Part shown: positions 21,460 through 31,932 of the stretch, piece after piece | Position numbering within the stretch: position 1 is the stretch's first letter | Layout: each line of letters starts with the position of its first letter | Assembly: GCA_964291265.2 (NCBI GenBank) | Contig: OZ219747.1 | Coordinates: 2,592,001 to 2,656,000, forward strand | DNA: 64,000 bases | Origin: Alphaproteobacteria bacterium | GTDB lineage: Bacteria > Pseudomonadota > Alphaproteobacteria > SP197 | Direction of reading: 5' to 3' | Notes under the pieces: generated by a model | Databases searched by the model: none | What the model saw: only the letters and a program-made list of their open reading frames with translations | What the model was told of the DNA's origin: nothing | Position numbers and translations under genes: made by a program

Positions 21460-23574
21460 TCACGTCTCCGTTCCGGTCATTCTCATCATGCAGTCGGCCA
21501 CCACGACGCCACCGCCCCTCGGCATGACGAGAAGTGGATTGACGTCGAGTTCCACGAGGCTCGCGGAATGTTCGGTTGCGAAGGTGGCCACGGCCATGAC
21601 GGCCTCCAGGAGGGCCTCCACGTCGCCGGGAGGCGCTCCCCTGTAGCCGTCGAGCAGGCGCGAGACCTTCAGGGACCCGATGGCCCGCTCGACGTCGTCG
21701 CGTTCGAGAGGAAGATGCAGGACGACGGAATCGTCGACGAGTTCGACGAAGGTGCCACCGGCGCCAACGATCAGCACCTGCCCGAAGGTGTCGTCCCGTG
21801 TCACGCCGATGATCAATTCGGCGACGTGGCCGGTGACCATGGCTTCAACCAGAAGTTCTTCGATGCCGGTGCGCCGGGCGATGGTTCCGGCCGCCCTGAC
21901 AACTTCCCGGTGATCGGTGAGATCGAGGGCGACACCGCCCGCTTCGGTCTTGTGGGCGATGGTGGCTGACAGTGCCTTCACGACCACCGGATATCCGATG
22001 CGCTCGGCAGCCGATGCGGCGCTTGCCGGGCGGGCGCACTCGCCGGTGGGAATCGTCAGCCCGGCGGCGGCGAGACGCTGCTTGCCTTCCTGTTCGTCAA
22101 GGACCCGCACCTCGCCGGCAAGGGGAACCGGCCCGGCAAGGGCACGGCCGCCGCGCGTCGTGCGGGCGAGAAATGCGCGCCGCCTGGCGCCATAGAGACA
22201 GGTCCGCGCCAGGGACAGCGTGCCCGCCCTGATGCCCTGGGTCATGGCGATGCCGGCATGGTGAAACTGCCTGCGGAGCCTGACGGAGGTGTTGTCGGGA
22301 AGTGACGAGGTGATGACACCGGGAACGTCGTGCCGGAGCAGGGATGTGCGAAAGGCGCGCATGGCCGCCGCTGCACCGTCGTCCTGCGAGCGCGTGTCCC
22401 GGGTCTGCTCGGCATCGGCGATCGTGTCGACCACCAGCAGTCCGGCGTCGACCCCCTGGCGAAGCAGCACGGCAAAGATGGCTTCCAGGACATCCTGGCG
22501 GCCCCAGTTCGAGGTGTTGTAGTCGAGTGGATTGGCGATCGTGGTGAAGGGCTGCATATGACAGGCGATGTCGTTGTGCTGGCGCTGATCGAGTTCCGGC
22601 AACTCGATGCCAAGGGGCTCCACGATATCGGCGACACACCCCGAATCGCCTCCCGAACACGTCATCACGGCCAGCCGGAGACCCTCGGGGATCCCCGTCA
22701 CCGACACCACCTTTGCGGTTTCCAGGAGGTCTTCCGGGGTCTCCACGCGAATGATGTCGAGCCGGTCGAAGAGCGCCTGATAGAACCTGTCATCACCGGC
22801 AAGGGACGCGGTGTGGCTCATGGCCATGGAAGCGCCCTTCCTCGAGACCCCGGACTTGAGCACGATGATCGGTTTGCCGGCCTCGACGGCGCGGAGTGCG
22901 GCCCGGCTGAAGGCCGCGGCGTCGGGCAGGGTTTCCATGAAGAGGGCGAACGAGGTGACGGCAGGATCGTCGACGAGAACCTCGATGTAGTCGGCAAAGT
23001 CGAGAACGGCCTGGTTGCCGCAGGAAATCACGTGGGAGAGCGGGGTGCCGCGCCGGCCGTTGGCGACATTGATGCAGATGTTGCCGCTCTGTCCGATGAA
23101 GGCGCACCCCCTCGCGGTTCTCTCCCCCAGGACAGGCGTCGCCATCGCCAGGGCGCCGCTGACGTAGTTGTTGAAGCCGTAGCAGTTGGGTCCGATGACG
23201 GCGAGACTACCTGCCCGTTGTCGGAGTTCCTGTTCCAGGGCGAGGCCCTCTGTGCCGGTTTCCGCATAGCCCGCCGCATAGCAGACGGCGCCTCCGGCCC
23301 CCATGTCAACGAGGCGCGCAATCAGGTCATTGGTCATCTCGCGGTTGACTGCGAGGAAGACGACATCGGGTGGCGCGTCGAGATCGTCGATGGACCCCAG
23401 GCACGGTTCGCCGGCGATCGTCTGCCGTCGCGGATTGACGACGCGGACGTCCCCGGCAAACCCCAGGTTCCTTGTCGCGGCAATGGCCGGTTCGAGGAAG
23501 GAACCTCCGACATAGCAGATGCTGGCCGGATCGAGGGCGCGCCGCAGGTTGGCGTGACGGGCCGCGCGGGACAT
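21460..23574 (-). CDS. ADP-forming acyl-CoA synthetase (acetate-CoA ligase family)
   Basis: GPNCYG, SHTASLAG, NPLD, HKTEAGGV and DVNP motifs. Confidence 0.9.
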   Translation of the reverse strand: MSRAARHANLRRALDPASICYVGGSFLEPAIAATRNLGFAGDVRVVNPRRQTIAGEPCLGSIDDLDAPPDVVFLAVNREMTNDLIARLVDMGAGGAVCYAAGYAETGTEGLALEQELRQRAGSLAVIGPNCYGFNNYVSGALAMATPVLGERTARGCAFIGQSGNICINVANGRRGTPLSHVISCGNQAVLDFADYIEVLVDDPAVTSFALFMETLPDAAAFSRAALRAVEAGKPIIVLKSGVSRKGASMAMSHTASLAGDDRFYQALFDRLDIIRVETPEDLLETAKVVSVTGIPEGLRLAVMTCSGGDSGCVADIVEPLGIELPELDQRQHNDIACHMQPFTTIANPLDYNTSNWGRQDVLEAIFAVLLRQGVDAGLLVVDTIADAEQTRDTRSQDDGAAAAMRAFRTSLLRHDVPGVITSSLPDNTSVRLRRQFHHAGIAMTQGIRAGTLSLARTCLYGARRRAFLARTTRGGRALAGPVPLAGEVRVLDEQEGKQRLAAAGLTIPTGECARPASAASAAERIGYPVVVKALSATIAHKTEAGGVALDLTDHREVVRAAGTIARRTGIEELLVEAMVTGHVAELIIGVTRDDTFGQVLIVGAGGTFVELVDDSVVLHLPLERDDVERAIGSLKVSRLLDGYRGAPPGDVEALLEAVMAVATFATEHSASLVELDVNPLLVMPRGGGVVVADCMMRMTGTET

Positions 23575-23700
23575 GTCAGGCGAACGCCTTCGGCAACGGT
23601 TCGGATGGCATCGGGAGCGCGTGATTCCTCGCGGAAGGATGTCGACCAAGAATGTGGACAAGGGGAGAGAAGAGGCCATGCCCGCGATCAGGGAATCGGC

Positions 23701-24957
23701 CTACCATCTGGACATGCGTCCCAGGTCGCGGTCCATGTGATCGCGCAGGGCCGATTCGGTCAGCACCTGAGAGGTTCGCAGGACCGTCACGAAGTCGCGC
23801 TGTTCGTCCATCGGCACCGGTGCACGCCGCGTCATCCGGTAGAGAGCGAAACCACCTAGCAGCATCAGGGATATCGCCGGAAACCAGAAATAGCCAGCCG
23901 GCCCGACAAGCTGCATCATCGCGCCGGCGACAGTCGGCCCGAGAATGCCGCCGATCCCGGCGGCGAGCAGCAGCCCGCTGGAGGCCGCCACCATCTGTTC
24001 CGACCTGAGATGATCGTTCGTGTGTGCAATCGACAGCGAATAGAGCGGGGACAGGAAACACCCGACAACCGCCACGGCACCGATCTGGACCATGGGTTCG
24101 GGACCCGCGAAGAGAGCTGCAAGGATGGCGGCGGTGCTGCCCGCGAAGGCCACGATCGTCAGGACCTTTCGGCGATCGAAACGGTCGCTCAGTCGGCCGA
24201 TCGGCCAGATCAGGATCGTGCCGCCGACGATGCTGGCTGCCATGAAGAGGGAGGTATGTGTGACGCCCATGCCAAGGCCGGCGCCGTAGAGCGACGCCAG
24301 CCAGACGAGTGCTCCCTGGGCGGCGCCATTGGTGAAGCATCCGGCGATTCCCAGCGGCGACGTTCTCACCAGTTCGATGACGCCGAGTCCGGCCGGGTTC
24401 TCGAAGTGCGGCGCCGGGTAGGTGGAAAGCGACACCGGCAACACGGCCAGTGACACCAGGATGGAGGCGGTCATGAAGAGGACAGGCCCGCCGGGGTCCG
24501 CAATGTTGAGGAGCAGGGGGCCAACCGCCATCGAACCCGACATGGCGATCATGTAGACACCGAGCAACTGACCACGGGTCTCGTTGGTCGACCGGTCGTT
24601 GAGCCAGCTCTCGGCGATGATGAAGAGGCCGATCGTGCAGAAGCCGGTGAGAATGCGCAGCGCGGCCCACACGGCGGTATCGACAAGGACCGCGTGACCC
24701 AGCGCCGAGATCGAGGCCAGCGACGCCAGGGCCGTGAACACGCGGACATGGCCCACGCGCTCGACGAGACGGGGCACAGCGAGGGCGCCGAAGACGAATC
24801 CGAAATAATAACTCGACATGATGATGCCGGTCACAAGGTCCGGAAAGCCGGCCGCCGGCGCCCGCAGCCCGAGAAGCGAGCCCTGGAGGGCGTTGCCTGA
24901 CGTCAGCAGGGAAACGCTGACAATGACCGCCCAGACGCCGAAGATCGCTGCCACCAC
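23701..24957 (-). CDS. MFS transporter (YcaD-like)
   Basis: About 12 hydrophobic segments; ESWLN and GRLSDRFDRR motifs. Confidence 0.9.
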   Translation of the reverse strand: MVAAIFGVWAVIVSVSLLTSGNALQGSLLGLRAPAAGFPDLVTGIIMSSYYFGFVFGALAVPRLVERVGHVRVFTALASLASISALGHAVLVDTAVWAALRILTGFCTIGLFIIAESWLNDRSTNETRGQLLGVYMIAMSGSMAVGPLLLNIADPGGPVLFMTASILVSLAVLPVSLSTYPAPHFENPAGLGVIELVRTSPLGIAGCFTNGAAQGALVWLASLYGAGLGMGVTHTSLFMAASIVGGTILIWPIGRLSDRFDRRKVLTIVAFAGSTAAILAALFAGPEPMVQIGAVAVVGCFLSPLYSLSIAHTNDHLRSEQMVAASSGLLLAAGIGGILGPTVAGAMMQLVGPAGYFWFPAISLMLLGGFALYRMTRRAPVPMDEQRDFVTVLRTSQVLTESALRDHMDRDLGRMSRW

Positions 24958-25082
24958 GGCGAAGAGTCCCGCGCAGATGAAGTTGCCGCCTATGCCCTAT
25001 CGGAGCGCGTGAATCCAGCCCGAAAATGTCGGTTTCCGATGCAGTCGGCGACGATGTTCGGACCGGGTTGGCGCCGGTCCCG

Positions 25083-26792
25083 TCACATGAGGAAATAGCG
25101 CCTCGAGAGGGCGACGTGACGCACCGGAGGGACATTGAGGAGATCACCGTCGGCATGGACTTCGAAGGTTTCCGGATCGACCCTGATCTGCGGCAGAGCA
25201 TCATTGCGAACCATGTCCTTCTTGGATAGATGCCGTGTTCCCGAGGCCGGCAGCAGTCTCCGGCCGAGGTCGAGTCTGGTGTCGAGGCCGTTGTCCATGG
25301 CGAGGGGATGGACGAAGAGAAAGGATATCCGGTCGGGAGCACCGCCGCATGCGGGCCAGGCCTCGCGGTAGACGCGGGGTTCACTCATCGACAGCGATGC
25401 CGCGGCCGTGCCGAACGGACTCCACACCTCCACGCCGGCCTTGAAGACCTGCTGCGCCTTGACCCCGAAGAACTCCGGGCGCCACAGAACGATATCGGCG
25501 ATCTTGCCGACCTCGATGCTGCCGATGTCCCTAGCGATGCCGAAAGTGATGGCGGGGTTGATGGTCACCTTCGCGAGATAGCGCAGGATCCGGGCATTGT
25601 CCGCATTGTCGAAGGGTTCATCGCCGAGTGGCCCCCGGCGGTCCTTCATCGCCGAGGCGAGACGCCACATGCCGGCGATGACATCCATCACCCGGCCCAT
25701 CCCCTCGGCGTCGGAACCGGCCATGGAGATGGCTCCGAGGTCATGCAGCACGTCCTCGGCAGCCATGGACTGGGGGCGCAGCCGGCTCTCGGCGAAGGCG
25801 ACATCCTCCGGAACGTCTCCTCTCAGAGTGTGGCACAGCATCATCATGTCCATGTGCTCGCCCAGGGCATTGAGAGTGAATGGATTGGTGGGCGAGGTGG
25901 AAGACGGCAGGCAATGGCGTTCTGCGTTGCAGCGGATGATGTCGGGTGCGTGCCCGCCGCCGGCGCCCTCGGTGTGATACATGTGGATGGTACGGCCCGC
26001 TATGGCTTCCATCGTGGCCTCGTAGAATCCCGATTCGTTCATCGAGTCGGTGTGGAGCTGGACCTGGAAATCCAGGCGGTCGGCGACGCCGAGGCAGGTG
26101 TCGATGAGAGCCGGCATGGCCCCGAGGTCCTCGTGGATCTTGACGCCGATGACCCCGGACGCCAGCTGTTCCTCGATGGCGTCCGGCCGGCTGGCGCTGC
26201 CGCGGCTGAACAGACCGAAGTTCATCGGGAAACGCCGGGTGGCCTGCAGCATGATGGCGTTCGCCCAGTCGCCGCCACTGTCGATGGCCCAGCACCCGGG
26301 GAATCCACCGCCGATCATCGTGGTGAGGCCGGCGGAAAGCGCGTGCCACACCTCGGCCGGCTGCAGGTAGTGGGCGTGAACGTCGATTCCTCCCGGCGTC
26401 GCGATCAGTCCCTGGCCATTGACGTGCTTGGTGCCCGGACCGATCACCATGCCGGGCGAAACGCCAGCCATGAAAGCGGGATTGCCGGCCTTGCCGATGG
26501 CAGCAATGCGGCCATCCCGCACTCCGACATCCGCCTTGTAGATACCGCCGACAGGGCACATGACGACGACGTTGCAGAAGACGGTCTCGAGAGCCCCTTC
26601 ATCGAGCCTGATGCCGCCGTGGATACCGGTGTCGCCGCGCAGGGTCTTGCCGAGGCCCGTGAGCGCTTCCTCGCCATGGACGGCATGGTCGTGCTCGATG
26701 CGGGCGACAAGGCTGGTGTCGCCAAGACGGACACGGTCGCCCGTGGTTGGTCCGAAGAGGGCTGCATAGCGTTCCCGGGTCATCGTCACCAT
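25083..26792 (-). CDS. ureC: Urease alpha subunit, divergent
   Basis: GPTTGD, HAH, KIHED, HTD, HTEGAGGGHAPD and SD.. metal-ligand motifs. Confidence 0.88.
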   Translation of the reverse strand: MVTMTRERYAALFGPTTGDRVRLGDTSLVARIEHDHAVHGEEALTGLGKTLRGDTGIHGGIRLDEGALETVFCNVVVMCPVGGIYKADVGVRDGRIAAIGKAGNPAFMAGVSPGMVIGPGTKHVNGQGLIATPGGIDVHAHYLQPAEVWHALSAGLTTMIGGGFPGCWAIDSGGDWANAIMLQATRRFPMNFGLFSRGSASRPDAIEEQLASGVIGVKIHEDLGAMPALIDTCLGVADRLDFQVQLHTDSMNESGFYEATMEAIAGRTIHMYHTEGAGGGHAPDIIRCNAERHCLPSSTSPTNPFTLNALGEHMDMMMLCHTLRGDVPEDVAFAESRLRPQSMAAEDVLHDLGAISMAGSDAEGMGRVMDVIAGMWRLASAMKDRRGPLGDEPFDNADNARILRYLAKVTINPAITFGIARDIGSIEVGKIADIVLWRPEFFGVKAQQVFKAGVEVWSPFGTAAASLSMSEPRVYREAWPACGGAPDRISFLFVHPLAMDNGLDTRLDLGRRLLPASGTRHLSKKDMVRNDALPQIRVDPETFEVHADGDLLNVPPVRHVALSRRYFLM

Positions 26793-26794
26793 GA

Positions 26795-27490
26795 TCAGGC
26801 CCCCCGGAATCCGCGTTCGCGGGCCCGGGCAAGGGCCCGCTCCCTGACGTCGGGATCGTGGATGTTGCCTTCGGTGAGACGATTGAAGCCCCGGATGTCT
26901 CCGCTTCCGGCGATGGCAGTCAACGTCACCCGTCGATGTTCACCCGGATCGAACCGTGCGCTCGCTCCGGCCGGCAGATCGAGACGCTTGCCGAAAGCCG
27001 CGCCGCGATTGAACTCGAGGTCGCGGTTGGCCTCGAAGAAGTGGTAGTGGCTGGCCACATGGACCGGCCGGTCGCCGCGGTTGAGAACGGTGAGCTCGGT
27101 CTTCGCGCTGCCGTCGTTGAGCGTGATGTCGCCGTCAGCGACAAGCAATTCGCCGGGGCGGCAGCCTGGTTCCGAAGGTTCCTTTCCCGGCCGCACCGGC
27201 TGCCAGACGGTCACCGTCTTCAGACCGTCGTCGAACTGGGCATCGACGTTGACCAGATCGATCATCTCCGCCACGCCGGGGAGCACGTCATCGGTCGTCA
27301 GGAGCGTCGCGGCGACGCTACGCACCTCGGCCAGCGTGTGCCCGTCGCGTGCCGCCTCCATGATCTCGTCGGCAATCAGCGCCACTGCCTCGGGCTGATT
27401 GAGCCTGAGGCCACGGGCCCGTCGTCTGCGTGCGAGCTCCGCTGCCGTGAAGAGGGTCAACCGGTCGATTTCCGCAGGCGTGAGCATCAT
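26795..27490 (-). CDS. ureA: Fused urease gamma/beta subunit
   Basis: MLTP.E..RL...LN.PE (gamma) followed by NRGDRP..V.SHYHFFE.N (beta). Confidence 0.9.
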   Translation of the reverse strand: MMLTPAEIDRLTLFTAAELARRRRARGLRLNQPEAVALIADEIMEAARDGHTLAEVRSVAATLLTTDDVLPGVAEMIDLVNVDAQFDDGLKTVTVWQPVRPGKEPSEPGCRPGELLVADGDITLNDGSAKTELTVLNRGDRPVHVASHYHFFEANRDLEFNRGAAFGKRLDLPAGASARFDPGEHRRVTLTAIAGSGDIRGFNRLTEGNIHDPDVRERALARARERGFRGA

Positions 27491-27543
27491 GGACGAGTTT
27501 CCGGTGTTGCGATGTCAACAGGTGGCGCCATCGACGCTCCCGC

Positions 27544-27999
27544 TCAAGGATCGAAAGCGCGGTGCATGACACGGTCGCCGGGCTTGAGGCCCAGCCGCCG
27601 GGAGGTGCCGGCAAGCACTTCGAGGACTCCGGCCGCCGGCAGGCCGGAAGGAATGAACGTCTCATCGAGCGGTCGGGCATCGGCGGCGATGGACACGATG
27701 ACCCCTTGGCGATCGAGAAAGATGATGTCGAGGGGAAGATAGGTGTTCTTCATCCAGAAACTGCGTGGTGCCTCCCTGCCGAAGAGAAAGAGCATGCCCT
27801 CGTCTTCAGCCATGGTCTCGCGGAACATGAGGCCGCGGGAACGCTGCGCCGGCGTGACGGCGAGGTCCACGTGGAATGTCCACGACCGCTTGTCCGCGGT
27901 GACGACATCCAGGATGTCCCTGGCAAACGCCATGTCGTCCTCCGCGGCCGACGGAAGGGCGATCACCATGACCAGGAGGCGGAACAGTCGGCGATACAA
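27544..27999 (-). CDS. DUF192 family protein (start uncertain)
   Basis: GLMFR, GMLF, FWMKNT..PLD and VLE motifs. Confidence 0.85.
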   Translation of the reverse strand: MYRRLFRLLVMVIALPSAAEDDMAFARDILDVVTADKRSWTFHVDLAVTPAQRSRGLMFRETMAEDEGMLFLFGREAPRSFWMKNTYLPLDIIFLDRQGVIVSIAADARPLDETFIPSGLPAAGVLEVLAGTSRRLGLKPGDRVMHRAFDP

Positions 28000-28060
28000 G
28001 CCTTGTCCCCGGTTCGCTCTTGGGCATACTCGGGCGAACCATGTGAATGGAGAAAGTGCT

Positions 28061-28537
28061 GTGGGTCGCATGATCAGCCTCGCGGTCGTGCTCATGGGTG
28101 TATGGTTCATCCTCAGTGGTTCCACCGACCCGTTTCTTCTCGCATCGGGTGTGGTCAGTGTGCTGCTTGTCGTGATCATCGCCCATCGCATGGGAATGAT
28201 CGACGAGGAAGGGTTTCCGATCCAGCTTCTTGGCGGACTGATCCTCTATCTGCCCTGGCTTGTCTGTCAGATTGCCCTCGCCAACCTTGCCGTGGCACGC
28301 ACCATCCTTGCTCCGACCATGACGACGAACTGCGGTTCGGCCTGGGTGCCGGCCAGCCAGAAGACACCGGTGGGTCTCGTCGTGTTCGCCAATTCGATCA
28401 CCCTGACACCGGGCACCGTCTCCCTGTCGGTTCTTGAGGACCGCATACAGGTGCACGCGCTTTCGAGGAAGAGCCTCGAGGATCTGCAGCGGGGCGACAT
28501 GGACCGCCGGGTATGCGCTGTCGAGGGCCGGCGCTGA
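28061..28537 (+). CDS. mnhE: Mrp/Mnh Na+/H+ antiporter subunit E
   Basis: ANSITLTPGT motif. Confidence 0.88.
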   Translation: MGRMISLAVVLMGVWFILSGSTDPFLLASGVVSVLLVVIIAHRMGMIDEEGFPIQLLGGLILYLPWLVCQIALANLAVARTILAPTMTTNCGSAWVPASQKTPVGLVVFANSITLTPGTVSLSVLEDRIQVHALSRKSLEDLQRGDMDRRVCAVEGRR

Positions 28538-28800
28538 TGTTTGCGGTGGTGACGACCCTTCTGGTGGTGGCCATGGCCATGACCCTGGCGCGCGTCGTGA
28601 GGGGTCCCACGCCCTACGACCGCATTCTCGCTGTCAATGTTCATGGCACGATGACGGTCATGCTGATCGCCGTGACGGGCTACCTGACGGACCGGCCGGA
28701 CTTTCTCGACCTCTCCATCGCGTATGCTCTGATCAACTTTGTCGGCACTCTCGCGGCGTTGAAATACTTCAGGTTCGGTCACCTCGGGGATGAACCTTGA
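28537..28800 (+). CDS. mnhF: Mrp/Mnh subunit F
   Basis: GPT.YDRILA motif; translationally coupled. Confidence 0.88.
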   Translation: MFAVVTTLLVVAMAMTLARVVRGPTPYDRILAVNVHGTMTVMLIAVTGYLTDRPDFLDLSIAYALINFVGTLAALKYFRFGHLGDEP

Positions 28801-29129
28801 ACATTGTGATGGACGTTGTGAGCTGGGTCGCCCTCGTCGCAGGCGGTCTGGCGATGGTGACGAGCGCGCTCGGCATGGTGCGTCTGCCGGACATCTTCAC
28901 GAGGCTTCATGCCGGCAGTCTCGCCGATACCGGCGGCGTGGGCCTGATCCTTCTGGGGCTCGTCCTGCAGACCGAACCGGGGCTGAACACGCTGAAACTC
29001 CTGCTGATCGCTGTCGTGCTGTTCCTGACGACACCGGCCGTCAGCCACGCCGTGGGGCACGCGGCGCTCCTCGGGGGACTCTCTCCCGATTCCGATGATG
29101 CTGACGACAGCCGGAGCGCGGGTCCTTGA
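28797..29129 (+). CDS. mnhG: Mrp/Mnh subunit G
   Basis: RLPDIFTRLHA motif. Confidence 0.88.
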   Translation: MNIVMDVVSWVALVAGGLAMVTSALGMVRLPDIFTRLHAGSLADTGGVGLILLGLVLQTEPGLNTLKLLLIAVVLFLTTPAVSHAVGHAALLGGLSPDSDDADDSRSAGP

Positions 29130-29671
29130 CGGACGAATTCTCCATCTTCGGGCTTGTTCTGCTGCTGATCGTCCTGGCGCTCGCCACGGTCAGGCTGACC
29201 AATCTGCTCGCTGTCGCCATCCTGGCAGGCGCCATGAGCTTCATTCTGGCGACAGTCTACACGCTGCTCGATGCCGTCGACGTGGCGTTCACGGAAGCTG
29301 TGGTGGGCGCCGGCATCTCCCTTGCCCTCATGCTGGCGGCGATCTCGCTGACGACGCGTCAGGAAGCGCCGTGGCGGCGACGGTCGGCTGAACGGATTTT
29401 GGCGCTCCTGGTGAGCCTCGTCACCGGTGCAGGTCTTCTCTATGCCACCCTCGATATGCCGCTTCTCGGGGATCCGGCGGCCCCGGCCACCCTCCATGTC
29501 GCCGCCCGCTACATCGCCGAAGGCCCGGCAAGCACCGGGGTTCCCAACATGGTGACGGCGATCCTCGCCAGCTACCGGGGCTTCGATACGCTGGGGGAAG
29601 TAGCTGTGATCTTCACCGCCGGGGTCGGCGTCATCGCTCTGCTTCGGCACTGGCGCGAGGACGAGGCATGA
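29126..29671 (+). CDS. Mrp DUF4040/MnhB-related subunit
   Basis: DVAFTEA and YRGFDTLGE motifs. Confidence 0.85.
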   Translation: MTDEFSIFGLVLLLIVLALATVRLTNLLAVAILAGAMSFILATVYTLLDAVDVAFTEAVVGAGISLALMLAAISLTTRQEAPWRRRSAERILALLVSLVTGAGLLYATLDMPLLGDPAAPATLHVAARYIAEGPASTGVPNMVTAILASYRGFDTLGEVAVIFTAGVGVIALLRHWREDEA

Positions 29672-30093
29672 ACGAGTTCATTCTCGTTCGCGTGGTCGTC
29701 AAGATCATGGTGCCGTTCATCCTCCTGTTTGCATTCTACGTGCAGATGCACGGCGACTATGGCCCTGGGGGCGGTTTCCAGGCTGGTGTCGTCTTCGCCA
29801 CGGGCATCATCGTCTACACCATCGTCTTCGGAATCAGGAGGGCCGTGGAGGCTGTGCCCATGTCCGCCGTCATGGCCATGGTGTGTTGCGGCCTGATCCT
29901 CTATGCCGGTACCGGATTTGCGACGATGGCGCTGGGTGGCGGGTACCTCGACTACAGTGTTCTCGACAGTGCCCATCCCGTGCACGGCCAGCATGTCGGC
30001 ATCATCATCATCGAGCTTGGCGTCGGAATCACGGTCGCCGGTGTGTTGACGGCTGTCTTTCTCGTCCTTGCCGAACGCAGGGCACGGCGATGA
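29668..30093 (+). CDS. mnhB: Mrp/Mnh subunit B
   Basis: HG..GPGGGFQAG motif. Confidence 0.88.
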   Translation: MNEFILVRVVVKIMVPFILLFAFYVQMHGDYGPGGGFQAGVVFATGIIVYTIVFGIRRAVEAVPMSAVMAMVCCGLILYAGTGFATMALGGGYLDYSVLDSAHPVHGQHVGIIIIELGVGITVAGVLTAVFLVLAERRARR

Positions 30094-30452
30094 ACGCAGT
30101 CGATTTCGTCATGGGACATGCCCTGCAGTGGGGATCGGTGGTGCTGCTGATGATCGGACTCCACATCGTCATGACCCGCGGAAATCTCATCAAGAAAGTC
30201 GCAGGTCTCAATATCTTCCAGGGCGGTGTCTTCCTGTTCTACATCTCCATCGCCAATGTCCGGGACGGCACGGCGCCGATCGTCCATGAGGACGCGGTGC
30301 TCTACGCCAACCCGCTGCCTCATGTCCTCATCCTGACGGCCATCGTGGTCGCAGTGGCCACCACGTCTCTGGCGCTCGCCCTGATCGTGCGCATTCGTGA
30401 ATCCTACGGTTCAATCGAAGAAGACGAGATGGCGAAGGTGGACATGGGCTGA
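30090..30452 (+). CDS. mnhC: Mrp/Mnh subunit C
   Basis: NPLPHVLILTAIVV motif. Confidence 0.88.
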   Translation: MNAVDFVMGHALQWGSVVLLMIGLHIVMTRGNLIKKVAGLNIFQGGVFLFYISIANVRDGTAPIVHEDAVLYANPLPHVLILTAIVVAVATTSLALALIVRIRESYGSIEEDEMAKVDMG

Positions 30453-30456
30453 CCGC

Positions 30457-31932
30457 ATGGGTCTGCTCCAGCAGCTTCCCGCACTCCAGGTCGCGGTGCC
30501 GCTCATCGGTGCGCCGCTCTGTGCGCTCATGGTCAGGCCCCGCCTGGCCTGGGCGTTTGCTGTCGTGGTGGCATGGATCACCTTCGCCATCTCGATAGCG
30601 CTTCTGGAGCATGTTCTCGATGCCGGCCCCATCCACTACACCATGGGCGGCTGGCCCGAGACTCTCGGCATCGCCTATGTGATCGATCCTCTCAATGCCC
30701 TGGTCATGGTCCTGGTATCCGGCATGGCCGCCATCATCATGCCGGCAACCCGGATCGGCATCGATGTCGAGGTGATGCACAGGGCCCGCCATCTGTTCCA
30801 CACGGTGGCGCTGCTCGCCCTTGCCGGAATGCTCGGCATCGCCATTACCGGCGATATCTTCAATCTCTACGTCTTCCTCGAGATCTCCTCCCTGGCGAGT
30901 TACGCGCTGGTGGCCATGGGCATCGACCGGCGGGCGACGCGGGCGGCGTTCCACTATCTCGTCCAGGGAACCCTTGGCGCCACCTTCATTCTCGTCGGCA
31001 TCGGTCTTGCCTACATGATGACCGGCACCCTCAACATGGCGGACATGGCCGCCCGCCTTCCGGGCGTCAGCCACACGGCGCCGATCCAGGCGGCGCTTGC
31101 CTTCATTCTCATCGGCACCGCCATCAAGGCGGCCATCTTTCCGGCGCACTCCTGGATGCCCGGCGCCTATACCCATGCGCCGTCGCTGGTGTCCGCCTTC
31201 TTCGGCGCCACGGCGACGAAGATCGGCGCCTACATGATGCTGCGCTTCGTCTACAGCGTCTTCGGTGCGGACTACGCCTTCGGTGACATGAAGATCGGCT
31301 GGGTGCTCGTACCCCTGGGGCTGGCAGGCGCTGTCGCCGGTTCCGTCGTCGCCATATGGCAGCACGACCTCAGGCGCATGCTTGCCCATTCGAGTGTCGC
31401 CCAGGTGGGCTACATCGCCGCCGCCATCGGATTCGCCAATCGTGATGGCCTCGTTGCCGCCATTGTCCACGTTGTCAACCACGGACTCATGAAGGGTGCG
31501 CTCTTCCTTGTCATGGCCTGCGTCATCATGAGACTGGGCAAGGCGGACATGGAGAGTTTCCGGGGCCTGGGGCGTCGCATGCCACTGACCATGGGGTGCT
31601 TTGTCGTGGCCGGGCTGTCGATGATCGGTGTTCCGGCGACGGTGGGATTCGTCTCGAAGTGGTATCTTGTGAGCAGCGCCCTTGACGCCGGAATGTGGCC
31701 GCTGGCGCTCGTCATCGTGGCCGCCTCCCTGATGGCGATCATCTACATCTGGCGCGTGGTCGATGTCGCCTACTTCACGGACCCGCCGCCGGGAGCGAGA
31801 GACGAGGCACCGGCCACGCTGGTTGTTCCGGCCATGGTCCTGTGTGCGCTCTGCATCGTTCTTGGCGTCTGGACCGACCTCACGGTCGGCGTGGCGGACA
31901 CCGCGGCGCGACTCCTCGGAGGAGCGCCGTGA
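30457..31932 (+). CDS. mnhD: Mrp/Mnh subunit D family
   Basis: DIFNLYVFLE and HSW.P.AY motifs. Confidence 0.88.
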   Translation: MGLLQQLPALQVAVPLIGAPLCALMVRPRLAWAFAVVVAWITFAISIALLEHVLDAGPIHYTMGGWPETLGIAYVIDPLNALVMVLVSGMAAIIMPATRIGIDVEVMHRARHLFHTVALLALAGMLGIAITGDIFNLYVFLEISSLASYALVAMGIDRRATRAAFHYLVQGTLGATFILVGIGLAYMMTGTLNMADMAARLPGVSHTAPIQAALAFILIGTAIKAAIFPAHSWMPGAYTHAPSLVSAFFGATATKIGAYMMLRFVYSVFGADYAFGDMKIGWVLVPLGLAGAVAGSVVAIWQHDLRRMLAHSSVAQVGYIAAAIGFANRDGLVAAIVHVVNHGLMKGALFLVMACVIMRLGKADMESFRGLGRRMPLTMGCFVVAGLSMIGVPATVGFVSKWYLVSSALDAGMWPLALVIVAASLMAIIYIWRVVDVAYFTDPPPGARDEAPATLVVPAMVLCALCIVLGVWTDLTVGVADTAARLLGGAP

